Source of the DNA: Candidatus Falkowbacteria bacterium
GTDB taxonomy: Bacteria > Patescibacteriota > Patescibacteriia > CAIXNZ01
Reading direction: 5' to 3'
DNA length: 64,000 nt
NCBI GenBank assembly: GCA_963774955.1
Contig: CAVZGV010000004.1
Coordinates: 3,522 to 67,521 of the forward strand
The notes under the pieces are model-generated. The model searched no databases. It saw only the letters and a list, made by a program, of their open reading frames with translations, and was not told where the DNA came from. The position numbers and the translations under genes were made by a program. Below are positions 1 to 13,631 of this stretch, one piece after another (the first letter of the stretch is position 1; every line of letters begins with the position of its first letter).

Positions 1-14
1 AGAAGGAGACTCTT

Positions 15-626
15 ATGAACATTGATACACAAGTCCACGAGCTATTTGACTTTGCACTTTCCCGCCGCAACATGGTTCGCGGCAGCGTGGTCGCAGGTTC
101 AGTTGCCATGGCAACAACTGCTGGGCTGAGCAAAGCATTTGCACAGGATCTCACCGATGTTGACATTCTGCAATTTGCCTTGACACTCGAACATCTTGAA
201 GCACGCATGTACAAAGAGATGTTGGCAAAGAACATTCTCACCGGCAAGGATCTGATGTACATGACAAGTTTTGGAGGTCACGAAGCCGCCCATGTCAAAG
301 CCATCAGTGACACACTCATCTCCTTAGGCGCAACGCCAGTTGCACCCAAAGACAACTACAACTTCCCCGAGTTCAATACACGCGAAGCGATTCTCCAGTT
401 CGCCAAGGTTGCCGAAGACACTGGCGTAGGAGCCTATCAAGGCGCAGCCGCTGCCATCAGCAACAAGGCAATTCTGGCAGCCGCAGGCAGCATTGTCCAG
501 GTCGAAGCCCGCCATGCAGCCATCATCAACATACTCTTGGGAATCGACCCCGTTCCAACCGCAGTAACCAATAGCTTAACCATTGATCAGGTGAATGCTA
601 TTGTTGGACCGATTCTTGGCGCATAA
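15..626 (+). CDS. Ferritin-like domain protein with Tat signal
   Basis: SRRNMV twin-Arg signal; LQFALTLEHLE, HEAAH, EDTGVGAY and VEARH di-iron-type motifs; AGGAG RBS at 5-9. Confidence 0.85.
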   Translation: MNIDTQVHELFDFALSRRNMVRGSVVAGSVAMATTAGLSKAFAQDLTDVDILQFALTLEHLEARMYKEMLAKNILTGKDLMYMTSFGGHEAAHVKAISDTLISLGATPVAPKDNYNFPEFNTREAILQFAKVAEDTGVGAYQGAAAAISNKAILAAAGSIVQVEARHAAIINILLGIDPVPTAVTNSLTIDQVNAIVGPILGA

Positions 627-672
627 AGCAAAGAGCGGAATCCACACAAGATCGACCTGATTCAAGAGGAGA

Positions 673-3600
673 TTGATTATGAAACAACTATCCAGACGCG
701 CAACGATGATCGTTAGCTCAAGCCTGGCGATTTCAATACTTGCAGCAGCCTGTACCATTAGCTTTAAACCTGCCGAAATAACGATTGATGTTCAACCAAC
801 GGCTGTAGCAGAAATGGCAACACCTGCTACCGAAGCCATGTCAGCCGAAGCCCCGGCCATGCATCATGAAATGGTGATGAGTGCAGCCATGTTACGAGCC
901 ACACTCGACACACTCTTTGGCGAACATGTGCTGCTGGCAGCCGACGCCACCGATGCCGCATTGCACGGTCGTGAAGCAGAATTCACAGCCGCCGCCGATG
1001 CACTCGACCACAATTCGCAGGATATCGCAGCAGCCATCGAACTGGTCTATGGCAAGGATGCAGGCGACGCCTTTTTACCCTTATGGCGCAAGCACATCAG
1101 CTTTTTTGTAAACTATACGATTGCTGTTTCTGCCAAAGATGAAACCGGCCGCCAAAAAGCATTGGATGATTTGACAGGCTATGCCGAAGATTTTGGGGCT
1201 TTTCTGGCTTCTGCCAACCCGAATCTGACGGTCGAAGCAGTCAAGGGCTTGCTCGGACCGCATGTTGGCACGCTGACCGCGGTCATAGATGCCCAGGCAA
1301 TCGACGACTATCCAACTGCTTTCATGCACCAACGCGAAGCTTACATGCACATGGATATGATTGCCAAAGCGCTTGCCGGTGCCATTGGGCAACAATTCCC
1401 CGATGGATTCACTGGTGCAGCCGATTCAATGGGCGCAAATCTGCGTTCGACACTGAATCTGCTGTTGGCAGAGCATGTGAGTCTGGCGGCAACGACCACC
1501 AGCGCCGCCATCAACGGTCGCAGTGACGAGATGACAGCCGCCGCCGATGCGCTGGATAACAACAGTGTTGACCTCTCACTATCAATCGGAGCCGTCTATG
1601 GCAAAGATGCTGGCGACGCCTTCCTGCCACTGTGGCGCAAGCACATCGGTTTCTTTGTGGATTACACTACAGCAGTTGCCACCAAAGATGAGGCAGCCCG
1701 CATGAAGGCAGTGGATGACCTCACAGGCTATGCCGAAGATTTCGGTGCTTTCCTGGCTTCTGCCAACCCGAATCTGACAGTTGAAGCCGTGAAGGGCTTG
1801 CTTGGACCCCATGTTGGCACACTGACCGCAGTCATTGATGCACAAGGTGCTGACAACCACGAAATGATCTATACGCATCTTCGTGAAGCCTATGCGCACA
1901 TGAGCATGATCGCCAACCCACTCAGCGATGCTATCATCGCTCAGTTCCCCGATATCTTCGGCGATGAAGAAGCCATGATGCGGTGAGATGGATCACAGCA
2001 TGGAAATGACCGGCACGATGGAAATGACTGATACCATGGAAATGACTGACACAGAAGAAATGTCAGGCGCGATGGAAATGGAAGAAGCACGAAGTGTCGC
2101 AGTGATGAGTGCAGGTCAGCTCCGTTCGACACTCGATGGGCTCTTTGGCGAACACGTACTGCTTGCAGCCAATGCCACCGACGCTGCTTTGCACGGTCGC
2201 AGGATGAGTTCGCAGCCGCAGCCGCAGCGCTTGACCACAATTCCGAAGACATTGCTGGCGCTATCACATTGGTCTACGGTGCAGAAGCAGGCGATGCCTT
2301 CCTGCCATTGTGGCGCAAGCACATCGGTTTCTTTGTGGATTACACCAATGCAGTCGCTACCAAAGATGAAGCAGCCCGCAGCAAGGCAACGGATGATCTC
2401 ACAGCCTATGCCGAAGATTTCGGTGCTTTCCTGGCTTCTGCCAACCCGAATCTGACAGTTGAAGCAGTCAAAAGCTTGCTCGGACCCATGTTGGCACACT
2501 GACAGTAGTCATCGATGCCCAGGCAATCGACGATTACCCAGCCGCATTTATGCACCTACGTGAAGCATATATGCACATGGACATGATCGCAGCCGGTCTG
2601 GCAGGTGCAATTGCTCAACAGTTTCCCGAAACATTCCCTGGCATGGCAGATTCTTCTGCGGCAGGGTTACGCTCCGCACTCAATCAGCTTCTGGCCGAGC
2701 ATGTTGCGTTGGCAGCCAATGCCACCAACGCCGCTTTGGGTGGACGCAACGATGAATTCGCGCCGCAGCCGACGCACTCGACGCCAACAGCGTTGACCTG
2801 TCGAAAGCTATTGCTTCGGTCTATGGTGCAGAAGCAGAGCAATGCCCTTCCTGCCCTTGTGGCGCAAGCACATCGGTTTCTTTGTCGATTACACCAATGC
2901 AGTCGCTACCAAAGATGAAGCAGCCCGCACCAAGGCAACGGATGATCTCACAGGTTATGCCGAAGATTTCGGTGCTTTCCTGGCTTCTGCTAACCCGAAT
3001 CTGACAGTTGAAGCAGTGAAGGGCTTGCTTGGACCCCATGTTGGCACATTGACCGCAGTCATCGATGCACAAGGTGCCAGCAACCCCGAAATGGCATACA
3101 TGCACTTCGTGAAGCCTATGCACACATGAGCATGATCGCCAATCCGCTCAGCGACGCCATTATCGCTCAGTTTCCCGACATCTTTGGCACTGAAGACGCA
3201 GCCATGATGCAGGATATGGGTCAGATGGACGAGATGAGTGATATGGGCGAGATGCACGAAGACGTAGTCATGTCGGCTGCAATGTTGCGCTCCACACTCG
3301 ACCTCTTGTTGGGTGAACACGTAGCCCTGGCAGCCAGCGCAACCGACGCCGCCTTTACACGGTCGGGGTGACGAGTTTGCAGCCGCAGCCAATGCACTGG
3401 ATGGCAACTCGGTTGACATTGCAGGTGCCATTGGACTGGTCTACGGTACAGACGCAGGCGATGCCTTTCTGCCACTGTGGCGCAAGCACATCGGTTTCTT
3501 TGTGGATTACACAAACGCAGTTGCCCAAGGGGACGAAGCTGCTCGCCAGAAAGCATTGAATGATCTTGATGCCTATGCCGAAGACTTTGGTGCCTTTATC

Positions 3601-4822
3601 GAATCTGCCAATCCAAATCTGCCCAAAGCCGCAGTTGCCGAACTTCTCCGCCAACATGTCGCCACCTTGACCACGGTCATTGATGCACAGGGCGTAAAGA
3701 CAGCTCAGGAATCAGGCGACCAGATGAATGCCTATCCAACATTGCGCACAGCCTTTGCGCACATGGATATGGAAGCGAGCGCACTGGCAAGTGGTATTGC
3801 CACCCAGTTCCCGGATCGTTTCCCGGGTATGGTTGACACCCCAGCAGCCGGGTTACGTTCGGCACTGACACAATTGCTCTCGGAGCATGCACTACTCCTG
3901 ATCAAGACCATCGATGCCGCAACTCATTCCCGCACCATCGAGTACGAAGCAGCCTTTGCTGCACTCGACGCCAATAGCATTGATCTTTCGAAAGCGGTTG
4001 GCTCGGTCTATGGCGACGACGCAGGAACAGCCTTCCTGGGTTTGTGGCGTAAGCATATCGGTTTCTTTGTCGACTATGCGCTTGCACTGATTGACAACAA
4101 CGATGTAGCCAAGGAAAAAGCCGCCAACGAACTGACTGGATATGCACAGGACTTTGCAGCCTTCCTTAATTCTGCAAACCCTGACCTACCAGCCGATGTT
4201 GTGGCAGGATCGGTGACCGAACATGCCAAGACCACACTGGCAGCAATCGATGCCACGGTCATGGATGACCCAGCAGCGTATTATGCAGCATTGCGCACCG
4301 CCTACAGCCACATGAGCATGATCGCCAACGGACTTAGCGATGCCATCATCGCTCAATTTCCCGACATCTTTGGTGTTGAAGAGCCAGTCGCAATGGCAGG
4401 TCATGACATGGCAGAAATGACAGCCAGTGAAGAAATGACTGACACCATGGAAATGACCGGTACGATGGAAATGTCAGGCACGATGGAAATGACCGATACC
4501 ATGGCAATGACTGACACGATGACTGACACGATGAGTGACAGAGATGACTGAAGAGATGACAGTCGAAGTAGCCATCTCGACCTTCAACTTCAAGCCAGGT
4601 CGAATTGAAGTGCCAGTCGGCACCACCGTTGTTTGGACCAACAATGATGCCATCAATCATACAGTAACCTCGGGTGAACCGGGCGCACCAGATGGCATCT
4701 TTGATTCCGGCAACTTTAATCAGGGCGAACAGTTCTCGGTTACCTTTACAGAAGCGGGTGAATATCCATACTTCTGTAACCGCCACAATGGCATGCGCGG
4801 CGTAATCGTTGTCACACAGTAA
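673..4822 (+). CDS. Large lipoprotein: six helical His-containing repeats, Met-rich linkers and a C-terminal cupredoxin domain (split by frameshifts)
   Basis: LAAAC lipobox; LWRKHI(G/S)FFV(D/N)Y at about 1081, 1631, 2308, 2857, 3475 and 4042 across ORFs in different frames; ORF 4535-4822 has plastocyanin ligands HTVT...YFCNRHNGM and continues the Met-rich linker. Confidence 0.7.
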
Positions 4823-4940
4823 TTACTATCCAGACATCGGTAGGGTTGTGAAAACCCTACCGATGCAAATAACAAACTCATTTTTCAATCATCAACAATA
4901 TCATTCATCCAGAATGCCCAGTTTGGGCAAGGAGAATCTA

Positions 4941-5615
4941 ATGAAAAACACACTTCAAACTTCTGAACTCAGCCGACGCAACTTTCTCAAGACCAGCGCA
5001 GCCGCACTTTTTGCAGCGACCATGATCGGAACCCGGGTCATGTCTACCCCCGCCTTTGCCCAAAACAGCGTAACCGATCTCGACATTCTCAACTATGCGC
5101 TGACACTCGAACATCTGGAATCACGAGCCTATAAGGATGTCAACAATCTCGGTTTGCTCACAGGCAAAGCCAAGGAATACTTTGTAGAGATTGGCAATCA
5201 CGAAGCAGCCCACGTAGTGGCACTGACCGGAACCATCACCAAACTTGGCGGCACACCGGTTCGAGCCCAGGAAAAGTACAACTTCCCGACCTTCAAGACA
5301 GAGAAAGAAGTACTTGAATATTTCCAGACTTTGGAAGAGTTGGGTGCGGCAGCCTATTTGGGCCAGGCAGGAAACATTCAGGATAAAGATCTGTTGACCG
5401 CAGCCGTAAGCATTCACAATGTTGAAGGTCAACACGCAGCCGTGTTGGCAGACCTGACCGGCAGAGAACCATCCCCCGCCTTTGCCCAGCCCAAGACAAT
5501 GGACCAGGTGTTGGTCGTGGTAAAGCCGCTCTTGAGCAGTGCGCCCGCTGCCATGCCCCGCACCGGGCGTGGTGAAAACAGAATTTCGCCCGCATTCCGC
5601 AGCGCAGGCTGGTAA
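4941..5615 (+). CDS. Ferritin-like Tat protein with C-terminal MPRTG sortase-like motif
   Basis: AGGAG RBS before ATG 4941; SRRNFLK; LNYALTLEHLE; paralog of 15-626; ends APAAMPRTG. Confidence 0.85.
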   Translation: MKNTLQTSELSRRNFLKTSAAALFAATMIGTRVMSTPAFAQNSVTDLDILNYALTLEHLESRAYKDVNNLGLLTGKAKEYFVEIGNHEAAHVVALTGTITKLGGTPVRAQEKYNFPTFKTEKEVLEYFQTLEELGAAAYLGQAGNIQDKDLLTAAVSIHNVEGQHAAVLADLTGREPSPAFAQPKTMDQVLVVVKPLLSSAPAAMPRTGRGENRISPAFRSAGW

Positions 5616-5752
5616 TCACCTTGCCGTTACCTTTAAGTCACGCTTTCTGCTCTGTAAAAAGTGTGACTCGATACAGCGCATCAGCATCATAAAGAGTCCG
5701 GGCAACGTTGCCTGGACTCATTTCTTCTCAATTCGCCCACTTTACAATCACA

Positions 5753-6556
5753 ATGAAAACCAGACACGCACTTATCACATTTCTATTTTTAATGATTGCC
5801 ATGGGTAGCACAATCGGCGCCAATAGTGTTGGTGGTCATGCCGCAACGGTGACGCCGACTGCCACAGCAACCCGAATCCGCCATGTCACAATCAAGCCAC
5901 GTGCGACAGCCACACCCGCTTTCACTGCCACGGCAACTGTAACGGCTACTACAACTGTAATAGTGCCCTCGGCGACAGCCACGCCAGTTTCTGGCTTGGG
6001 TGGTTCTATTGAAGCCACGGTTCAAGCCTATATCGACCAAACCCGAACCGTAACGGGCAGCCAGTCGCTCTCCGCCGCTGTGGTGGCAACCAATGCACAG
6101 CCGATTCGCCTGGTCATTCCATCCTTAAAGGTGGACACGCTGATTGAAACTGTAGGGCGCGATAAAGATGGTGCGATGGACATTCCGAGCAAGGTGGAAG
6201 ATGTGGCATGGTATGGATTGGGAACGGCACCGGGCGAAGTCGGCAACGCAGTGATCGCCGGCCATCTCGACCTGGTGGATGGCTCGCCTGCCGTCTTCTG
6301 GAATATCGGCAAGTTGAAAGTCGGCGATGAAGTGATTGTCTATGATGCCGACAACGTGGCGTATCATTTTCAAGTCACGGGCAATCAACGCTACCAATTT
6401 GATGGCGCACCGGTCGAGGATATCTTTGGCTTTGCGTTGAAGAGTCAGCTCAATTTGATCACCTGCGCCGGGACGTCGAATCGCAACAGTCGCAACTATT
6501 CGAATCGGCTGGTCGTTTACACTGAATTGGTAAAGACAGTTCAACCGAAAGAGTAA
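5753..6556 (+). CDS. Class F sortase
   Basis: VAWY...PGEVGNAVIAGH and LNLITC...R catalytic motifs; Thr/Ala/Pro-rich linker. Confidence 0.85.
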   Translation: MKTRHALITFLFLMIAMGSTIGANSVGGHAATVTPTATATRIRHVTIKPRATATPAFTATATVTATTTVIVPSATATPVSGLGGSIEATVQAYIDQTRTVTGSQSLSAAVVATNAQPIRLVIPSLKVDTLIETVGRDKDGAMDIPSKVEDVAWYGLGTAPGEVGNAVIAGHLDLVDGSPAVFWNIGKLKVGDEVIVYDADNVAYHFQVTGNQRYQFDGAPVEDIFGFALKSQLNLITCAGTSNRNSRNYSNRLVVYTELVKTVQPKE

Positions 6557-6657
6557 TTTCTTTGCCTATGTATCCTTTAGGCAGGGAGAAAGCGTCAATG
6601 ATAGCGATGAAGGGATGACAGGATGATATCTCCGCATCCCTTCATCCCTTCATTCTT

Positions 6658-9600
6658 TCATCGCTGAACCATCGGCAAGAAAACAAACTTCAGCGGCATA
6701 AGAATTTGCCCGTTGGATGCACTGGCGTTGGGGTTTACAACCTGCACCAACCCACCTTTTTGTAAATCGGCATAGCTGACCGCAGCCGTCGCCACATAGG
6801 CGTTGACAACTGTAGTGGTACGGACAACGCCATTTATGCGAATCTGCGCTCCGTTGACAAAGTCGCTGCCGCTGACCACCAACTGCAACGCACCACTCGA
6901 ATCCACATAAAGACTGCTCACCTGCGCAATTGCATTCTGTCCAGCCGCAAGAATCGTAAAATTCTTTGGGGCAGAATCGTCCACACCTGGCGTTTGAATC
7001 GTCACCTGGGGCTTGCCCGCAGATGTTACATCCGCCGCACGGAGGTGGATCAACAATGTATTGTCATCTTGCACCACGGTTTCGCGTGGCTCGCCATTCC
7101 AGGTTGCCAGCGAAGACGCATCTGCCAACGTGGAGAAGCTGAATCCCTTCACCGTAATCCACTGTTCACCGCTGCCTGCCGCAATCGAAGCTGGCTGGAA
7201 ACCGCTGATGGTTGGCTGTGCGGGCGAATTGGCAGCGGCTACGTTAAACTTGACCGGCTTCGACGCTTGGCTGGCCTTTATGTCGGCAGCCACAACATCC
7301 ACAACATCCGCCACAACTGCACTATTGACAACTGAGATGACCAATGGACCAGGTTCACCAACATCGCTTGCTGCCAACTCTGCCAGCAACATCACGCTAT
7401 TGACATAGGTCGTTTTAACGGGGGAAGCCATCGAGCAACGCCTGACTTTGTGCTGTAAAACCAGCCCCGTTGATGATCACATTGAGTGGTTCACCGCCGT
7501 AGTTGGCAGCGGCCGGACTGAGACTTTCCACCGACGGGATCGGCGCGGCATTGGGCGCAGTGATCGCCAATGCTTGCGCAACGGAATCGCCGCCGCCGGG
7601 AGCGGCTGTGCGCACCAGTACATTCGCCGAACCTGCGTTGACAATCAGCGCAGCCGGCACGGTTGCCTTCAGTTGATGATCACTGACAAAGGTGGTCGCC
7701 AAGCCTGTACCATTCCAAACGACAGTGGAATTATTGTAAAAGCCTGCGCCATTGACAGTCAACGTAAAGTTTGCAGCGCCGGCTTCGACCGAAGCTGGCG
7801 AGATATTTTGTAGCAGAGGTGCACGACGCTGACTGCGTAATTGCTGTATCGCTTTGCCTTCAAAAAGACCGGTATAAACATTCTGGTCATCCTGGTTGGC
7901 AACCAGATAGCCGCACCGTCCATTGCCAAATCCGCTTGATTGGGGATTGCCGAGAGCTTGCCGTTGAGCAGATTGCGGGCATAAGCTTTGACGCCGTCCC
8001 CCGTCCACAGCGCCACCAACAAACGGCTGCCTTCGGCGTCGTGGCTGATCGAAACGTGATACGGCCCATCGCCCACCGCCATCGCTTCCACGGGTGTGAG
8101 ATAGCCATCAGTGGGATTGCGTTCGAAGATCTGCACTGCATCGGAGTTTAAGCTTGCCACATAAAGTTTCCATCCGGGCTGACAGCAATTTCGATGGCTC
8201 CATCCGGACCAGAAATCCCATTTTCGCCGTTGCGGTAATGGGTGAGATAGCGCAGCGTGCCATTGCTGTTGCGGCTAAAGACGACCAACGCATCATCGTC
8301 ACGCGCTGCCACGTAGACATTTTTCCCGTCCTTGCTTGCCAATACCCAAAGGCACCGCCCAACAGGTCAATGCCTTCAATGGTGCGGGTAAATTTCTGTG
8401 AATAATAGAGCGTGCCGTTGTCAGCGTTGCGTTGCAGCACGGTCAGGGTAGCATCGCTATTGCCCGTGACATAAAGATTCTGGTCATCCGGGCTGATGTC
8501 GAGCGCCGGGCAGAATTCATGGCGTCAATTGGGCAGAACTTGAGAATCGGAAAGTTGCCATTGAAGGAGATGCCACAAACATAGGTTGTGCCAGTGGTAA
8601 TCACCTGTGTCGCCGAGAGCGTACCATTCGATTCGACCGTGGCAACGCCAACCCCTGCACCACCGGAGCTGGAATAGTATACATTTTTGCCGTCCGATGA
8701 ATAGCGAATACCAGTGATCGTGTTCATATTGGGCTGGCTAAACTTATCTGTCAGACTGGCAATACCCGTTGTAGGATCAGAGACCGTATGGACAGCAATT
8801 TCATTATTTTCCCAATGTCCTGCCAACAGTTGCTTGCCATCCGGGCTAAAAGCCATCCCCATGATCTGGCGTTGCGGCAGTTCGGCGTACTTGTTGCTCA
8901 TTGCCAGCGGCTCGGGAAAAGCTGGCGGCACAGACTCGCAGGAAATATCATATTCCAGCAGCGGGTCGGTTGGATCGTTGGTAGTAATGACCAGCGTGTT
9001 GTAGAAAAGTCCCGCTTCGCTCGGCGTGCAGCTAATCTCAATCTTCATCTCGCCACCGGGAGGAATGGTGACATTGGCTGCTGTGCCGGCTGCATTCACC
9101 CCGCACCTACAATTAACAACAAACTTGATGGTTTGCGCCGGGCATCCTTGAGATTGACCGTGGCTGCCATCGGGTTTGCGCCTTGATTGCTGATGGCAAG
9201 CTGAGTTTTAGCGGTGCCACTGGGTGGCGTCGAGCCTGTGCTGATGGGTCCCGGTGGCTGGCTGCGCATAATAATATTCGGGATTGCTGATCATTTTGCA
9301 CGAGATCGGATAGCGAATTTCCGGCTTGTCGGGCAGGTCGGTTTTTAATCAGGATCATGCCCTCCTGCCAGCCCAGCGAAGTTGGCGTACAACTGAAAGT
9401 CAGCTCCTGCGATTGATTGCGCCCCAAACCACCACTGGTAGGGCCACTTTCCAATGTGTAGGTGCCACCGGCATCATTTTCAATCACCATTGACCAGGCG
9501 ATGGAGCCGCCGCCTTTGTTTTTGAGTACCAATTTCTGGCTGCTGCTCCATACCTTGCCAAAGACTGTCAAAGGAAACTGAAAGCCTGCGCCTTCGGGCT

Positions 9601-11437
9601 AATGGAGAAAAATTCTGGCGGTAGCGAACCCACCTCCAGTGCCCCCGCATCACACTTGGGTCCCTGCGGTCGTTGGCCTTGAATTTGGTCTTTGTTGGCA
9701 AGAAATAAGGGTTGCAGTACAGGGTCAATGCAATAATCATCCTCACCGAGATCGAGCGCAGGGCTGCCATTGCTCACCTTGATCGAGAGAAATTCGGCTT
9801 CGGGCATTTCGGTACGCCGTTGTTGGCAAGTCCTTCGAGCTTAACTTCGCCGATTTTTCACCAGCACATCTTTCAGGGTTAAATCGACGCCGTTATCAGC
9901 CAAAGCGCCGGGCAAGGTTCTTTGAAAATGTTGCCACCCCATGAACCAAGCCAGCCATAGCAGGGTGTATCCATGATGGAGTTTGCCATATAGACTGAGC
10001 CATTGCCGTTGTTGCTGACGCTTGAGCCGGGGTTATTGGCATTGGCACGCACGACGGTCGAATGCCAGATGTTGATCTCACCGCCCTGGTTGATGGCAGC
10101 ACTACCATTCATGACAAAGTTGTGACCATTTTCGACGCCGCCACCCGTAATTGCCAGATTTTCCGCCACTGTGCTGTTGACCAACCACAGCTTGCCACCC
10201 GTGCGATTCATAATTGCGCCGCCAAACTTCGCTTCGTTATCATGAAGTAGAAATATGACGAATAATCAGTGTGCTGTCGTTGAGAATGGCACCACCCAGG
10301 CGTGCCTGGTACGGGGCCATCAGTACGCGCCTTGTTGTCGCTGATCGCCACATCCAGCAGGCGCAGATCGCCCTGGTTGTAGATGGCACCACCGCCTTTG
10401 GAACGTTGGGTATAATTCTTGAAAATTTCGGTGCGTTCCAACTCCATGTAGCCGCTATTGTAGATGGCACCGCCACCGCTGCTATCATCGTTGAATTGAT
10501 ATTGTCCGGGCAGCTTGGCAGGAACAGTGGTTTGATAGACCCAGTTGTCGTGAAATTTACTGTCACGAATAACGGAATGGTCAGCTCGCTGCCTCCATGA
10601 CCGGCGTGTACGGCACCGCCATTGAGTTCGGCATGATTGTTGAAAAACTCGCAGCGATCCAGCAACACCTGCACACCGCCGCTGGAAATGGCGCCACCCG
10701 ATTGGCGGGCAGTATTCTCTTGAAATTTACTTTTGACACAGATAAACGAACCGACATCGATGCGCCACTGCACCGCCATCGCCATTGCCGGAGCCATTAT
10801 CCGCAATGTTTTGGAAAAATTCGACTTCGGTCACGCGTACAGAACCGCTGCCTTTGATCCAAATGGCACCGCCAAATGGGCGTCGTCCATGTTGCAGCTT
10901 CAACTTTTGCAGGATCAGTTCACCGCCGCCCACAATAAAAATACCCTCGGCACGATTATTCTTGCCATTTCCGTCAATTGTCAGCGCGCCATTGCCGTTG
11001 ATTGAAATCTTCTTGGTAATATTGGGCAATTGATCAGGGTTGCTGAGCAGATAGGTGCCAGGCAGCATGTTGATGGTGTATTCGCTGAAATTAGCAACAG
11101 AGACAGCCCCACAGCCTTGATTGCCTTGGGGATTGCCAGAGACAGTGGCTTGTAGTGCCTCTCGCAGCGAACATTTCGAGGATGCCTTGTATTGGTATGC
11201 CGTGCTCCACTCATCGACCAGCGTGTTCACGTTAATGGTAAATGAAGCATCCACCGCAGCAGCTTGCAGATCGCCAGCACCTTGCGCATCCGCCACGGGC
11301 TGCACGGCGATTGGTGCATCGACGAATGGGGTGTTCACTTCGTCCTGGGCGAAAGCTGGCATAATTGTGCCGGGAAAAATCAAAGAAAATAATAAAAGTG
11401 CGTTGACCATTCGTGACCACAAAAATCTCTTCCTCAT
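6658..11437 (-). CDS. Large secreted surface protein (CSLREA, beta-helix/choice-of-anchor, lactonase-like beta-propeller, IPT/TIG domains), multiply frameshifted
   Basis: Signal peptide, KCSLREA, GGAI repeats, SPALD...DQ...CDAGALE, propeller fragments (SxDGKNVY), TIG repeats, C-terminal FLPMVQR tail typical of Chloroflexota; spread over more than 10 ORFs. Confidence 0.7.
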
Positions 11438-11855
11438 AAATCCATCCTTTCAAAAAGTTGCAATTCGGGACTGCTCAATCCTACGCTTCTTTGCCAAATG
11501 CCTTAATTGTGCGCATCACCATGTAACTGTGATGCACTGCACAAACATGAAATTGGCGTCATTTATGATCGCAGTGTAGCAAGCAAGACGCTATTGTTCA
11601 TCCATCGAAAGATGTATTGTGAGGTTTATCAACGTGGTTGGGGTAACGCAGGATTGCTTTCCTGCGCTTCGAATGAAGAAAGACCATTATGACAATAGCA
11701 CATTTAAAAGCAGAACCCGTAGGTCACATCTCTGGTGTGACTTTGTTGGTCTGCGACAAGTGTTCGTCAATCCACTATCGGTCAGACTGACTGCGTTACA
11801 AGACAATCAATGTCACGCCAGAGGCGATGACCTACGGATTTAGCTTTTTGTTGAA

Positions 11856-12702
11856 CTACACGTGGGTATGCACCAAGCGCTGTTGGGCATTTTTGCGAAG
11901 CGAGGTAATTGCCGGTCCAATCGAAAAGATCAGTGCTTGCAGGAGCACAATGCTGGCGCCAGAGGCAATATCGGCAAAGTAGCTAATATACATGCCAACA
12001 AGCCCGCTCAGCACGCCGAGTGTTACAGAATAGATGACCATCCGATTAAAACTATCGGTCAGCAGGCGCGCCGTAATGGCAGGCACCACCAACGCAGCCG
12101 CAATCAAGGTGACGCCAAGGATCTGCATCGAAGCAATCAATGCAGCCGCCAACACCAACGCAAAGAGTGTATCCATCCACTCAGTTTGCACACCATAGAC
12201 ATTGGCAACTTCGGCATCAAAGGTTGTAAAGAGAAGCTGTTTGTAGAAGATGAAAATCAAGATGGCCACCAACAATGCCACAACCGCAACCACCATGACA
12301 TCCTGCTTGGTGACGCCCAAAATGTTACCAAAGAGTGCCGCATCAAACGAACGGGTAAAACGCCGATACCGGCTGATCGTACGCCACGCCCATTGCAAAG
12401 CTGGCAGTGGTGATTACGCCGATAGCAGCATCGGCACCGATACGGGTACGGCGCACGGTTTGGTTGATAAGCACAGCGGAGACAAATCCCCACAAGCCAG
12501 CGCCAATGTAAAAATTCCATTCCATTACAAAGGAAACCACCGCACCCCCAAAGATGGCGTGTGACAGTCCATGTCCAATGTAGCTCATCCCGCGCAGCAC
12601 GATGTAGACGCCAAGTAAGCCGCAAAGGGCACCGCATAGAACAGCAGCAATAGTGCCATTGCGAAAAAATTCAAAAGCAAAAGGTTCAAGAAGATTGGGC
12701 AT
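11856..12702 (-). CDS. Mn/Zn ABC transporter permease (ZnuB/MntB family), one frameshift
   Basis: RGMSYIGHGLSHAIFGG; DAAIG; LFGNILG; two overlapping ORFs. Confidence 0.85.
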
Positions 12703-12962
12703 AGGTTGAATGATGAGTTAAGAATTGCGAATTGCAATTGCGAGTTGAGAATTGAAATAATATCGACAGGGCGGTTGATTCACGTTGCGCAAGAACACCC
12801 AAACATATCTCTATCTCTCCCCTCCTGTAAGTATCAGGAGGAGGATCGTTACGGGACAGTGGAGGTCAACTTCATCTGTCCTGTGATGGCTCCCTCCCTG
12901 TTTTGGGGAGGGCTGGGGTGGGGTGTTTTTACGTAACATGATTTACTGATTCACTTACCCAC

Positions 12963-13630
12963 TCACTCCTTCAAGCCCACACGGGAATAGCCAAAGTCAC
13001 CCTCTTCAATTTCGTCCAAATGACCCAGGATGGGATTGGGCATAATATCGCGATAGCCATGATTATGGGGACGCTGCTGCACAAATATCATCTCATTTTG
13101 GCGGATCACAAGCATGTCACTTTGATAGGTCTCGTTGAGCGTTTCCTCTTCAAAAACCTGCTCTGGCGTGCCCTGCGCAATGACGCGTTTGTTGAGGCAG
13201 ATGACCCAGGGCAAATGATTGGCAGCAGCGTTGAGATCGTGCGTCGTCAGCAGAATCGTCATGCCCTGTTGGTTCAGGTCTGCCAGCAGGTGAAGAATAC
13301 TTTCGGCGGTACGCATATCAACACCCGAAGTTGGCTCATCCAGCACCAGCAGATCGGGGTCTCCGATGAGTGCCCGCGCCAGAAAGACACGCTGTTGCTG
13401 TCCACCCGAAAGATTGCGAATGTGACGCTGCGCCAGATCACCGATATCCAGCCGTTCGAGGATGCCAGCGACCAATGCTCGTTCTGCCCGTGTCGGGCCA
13501 GGGCAAGAACGTAGACTGGCGGATACGTCCCATCAGCACAACTTGCTCCACAGTTACTGGGAAGTTCCAATCGACAGTTTCCAATTGGGGGACATAGCCA
13601 ATATAGGGCTTCTTTCGTCCCAATTTTTGG
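12963..13630 (-). CDS. Mn/Zn ABC transporter ATPase, 5' truncated at the junction and frameshifted
   Basis: IGYVPQ, LSGGQQQRVFLARAL, LDEPT; the Walker A region is missing. Confidence 0.85.
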
Positions 13631-13631
13631 C

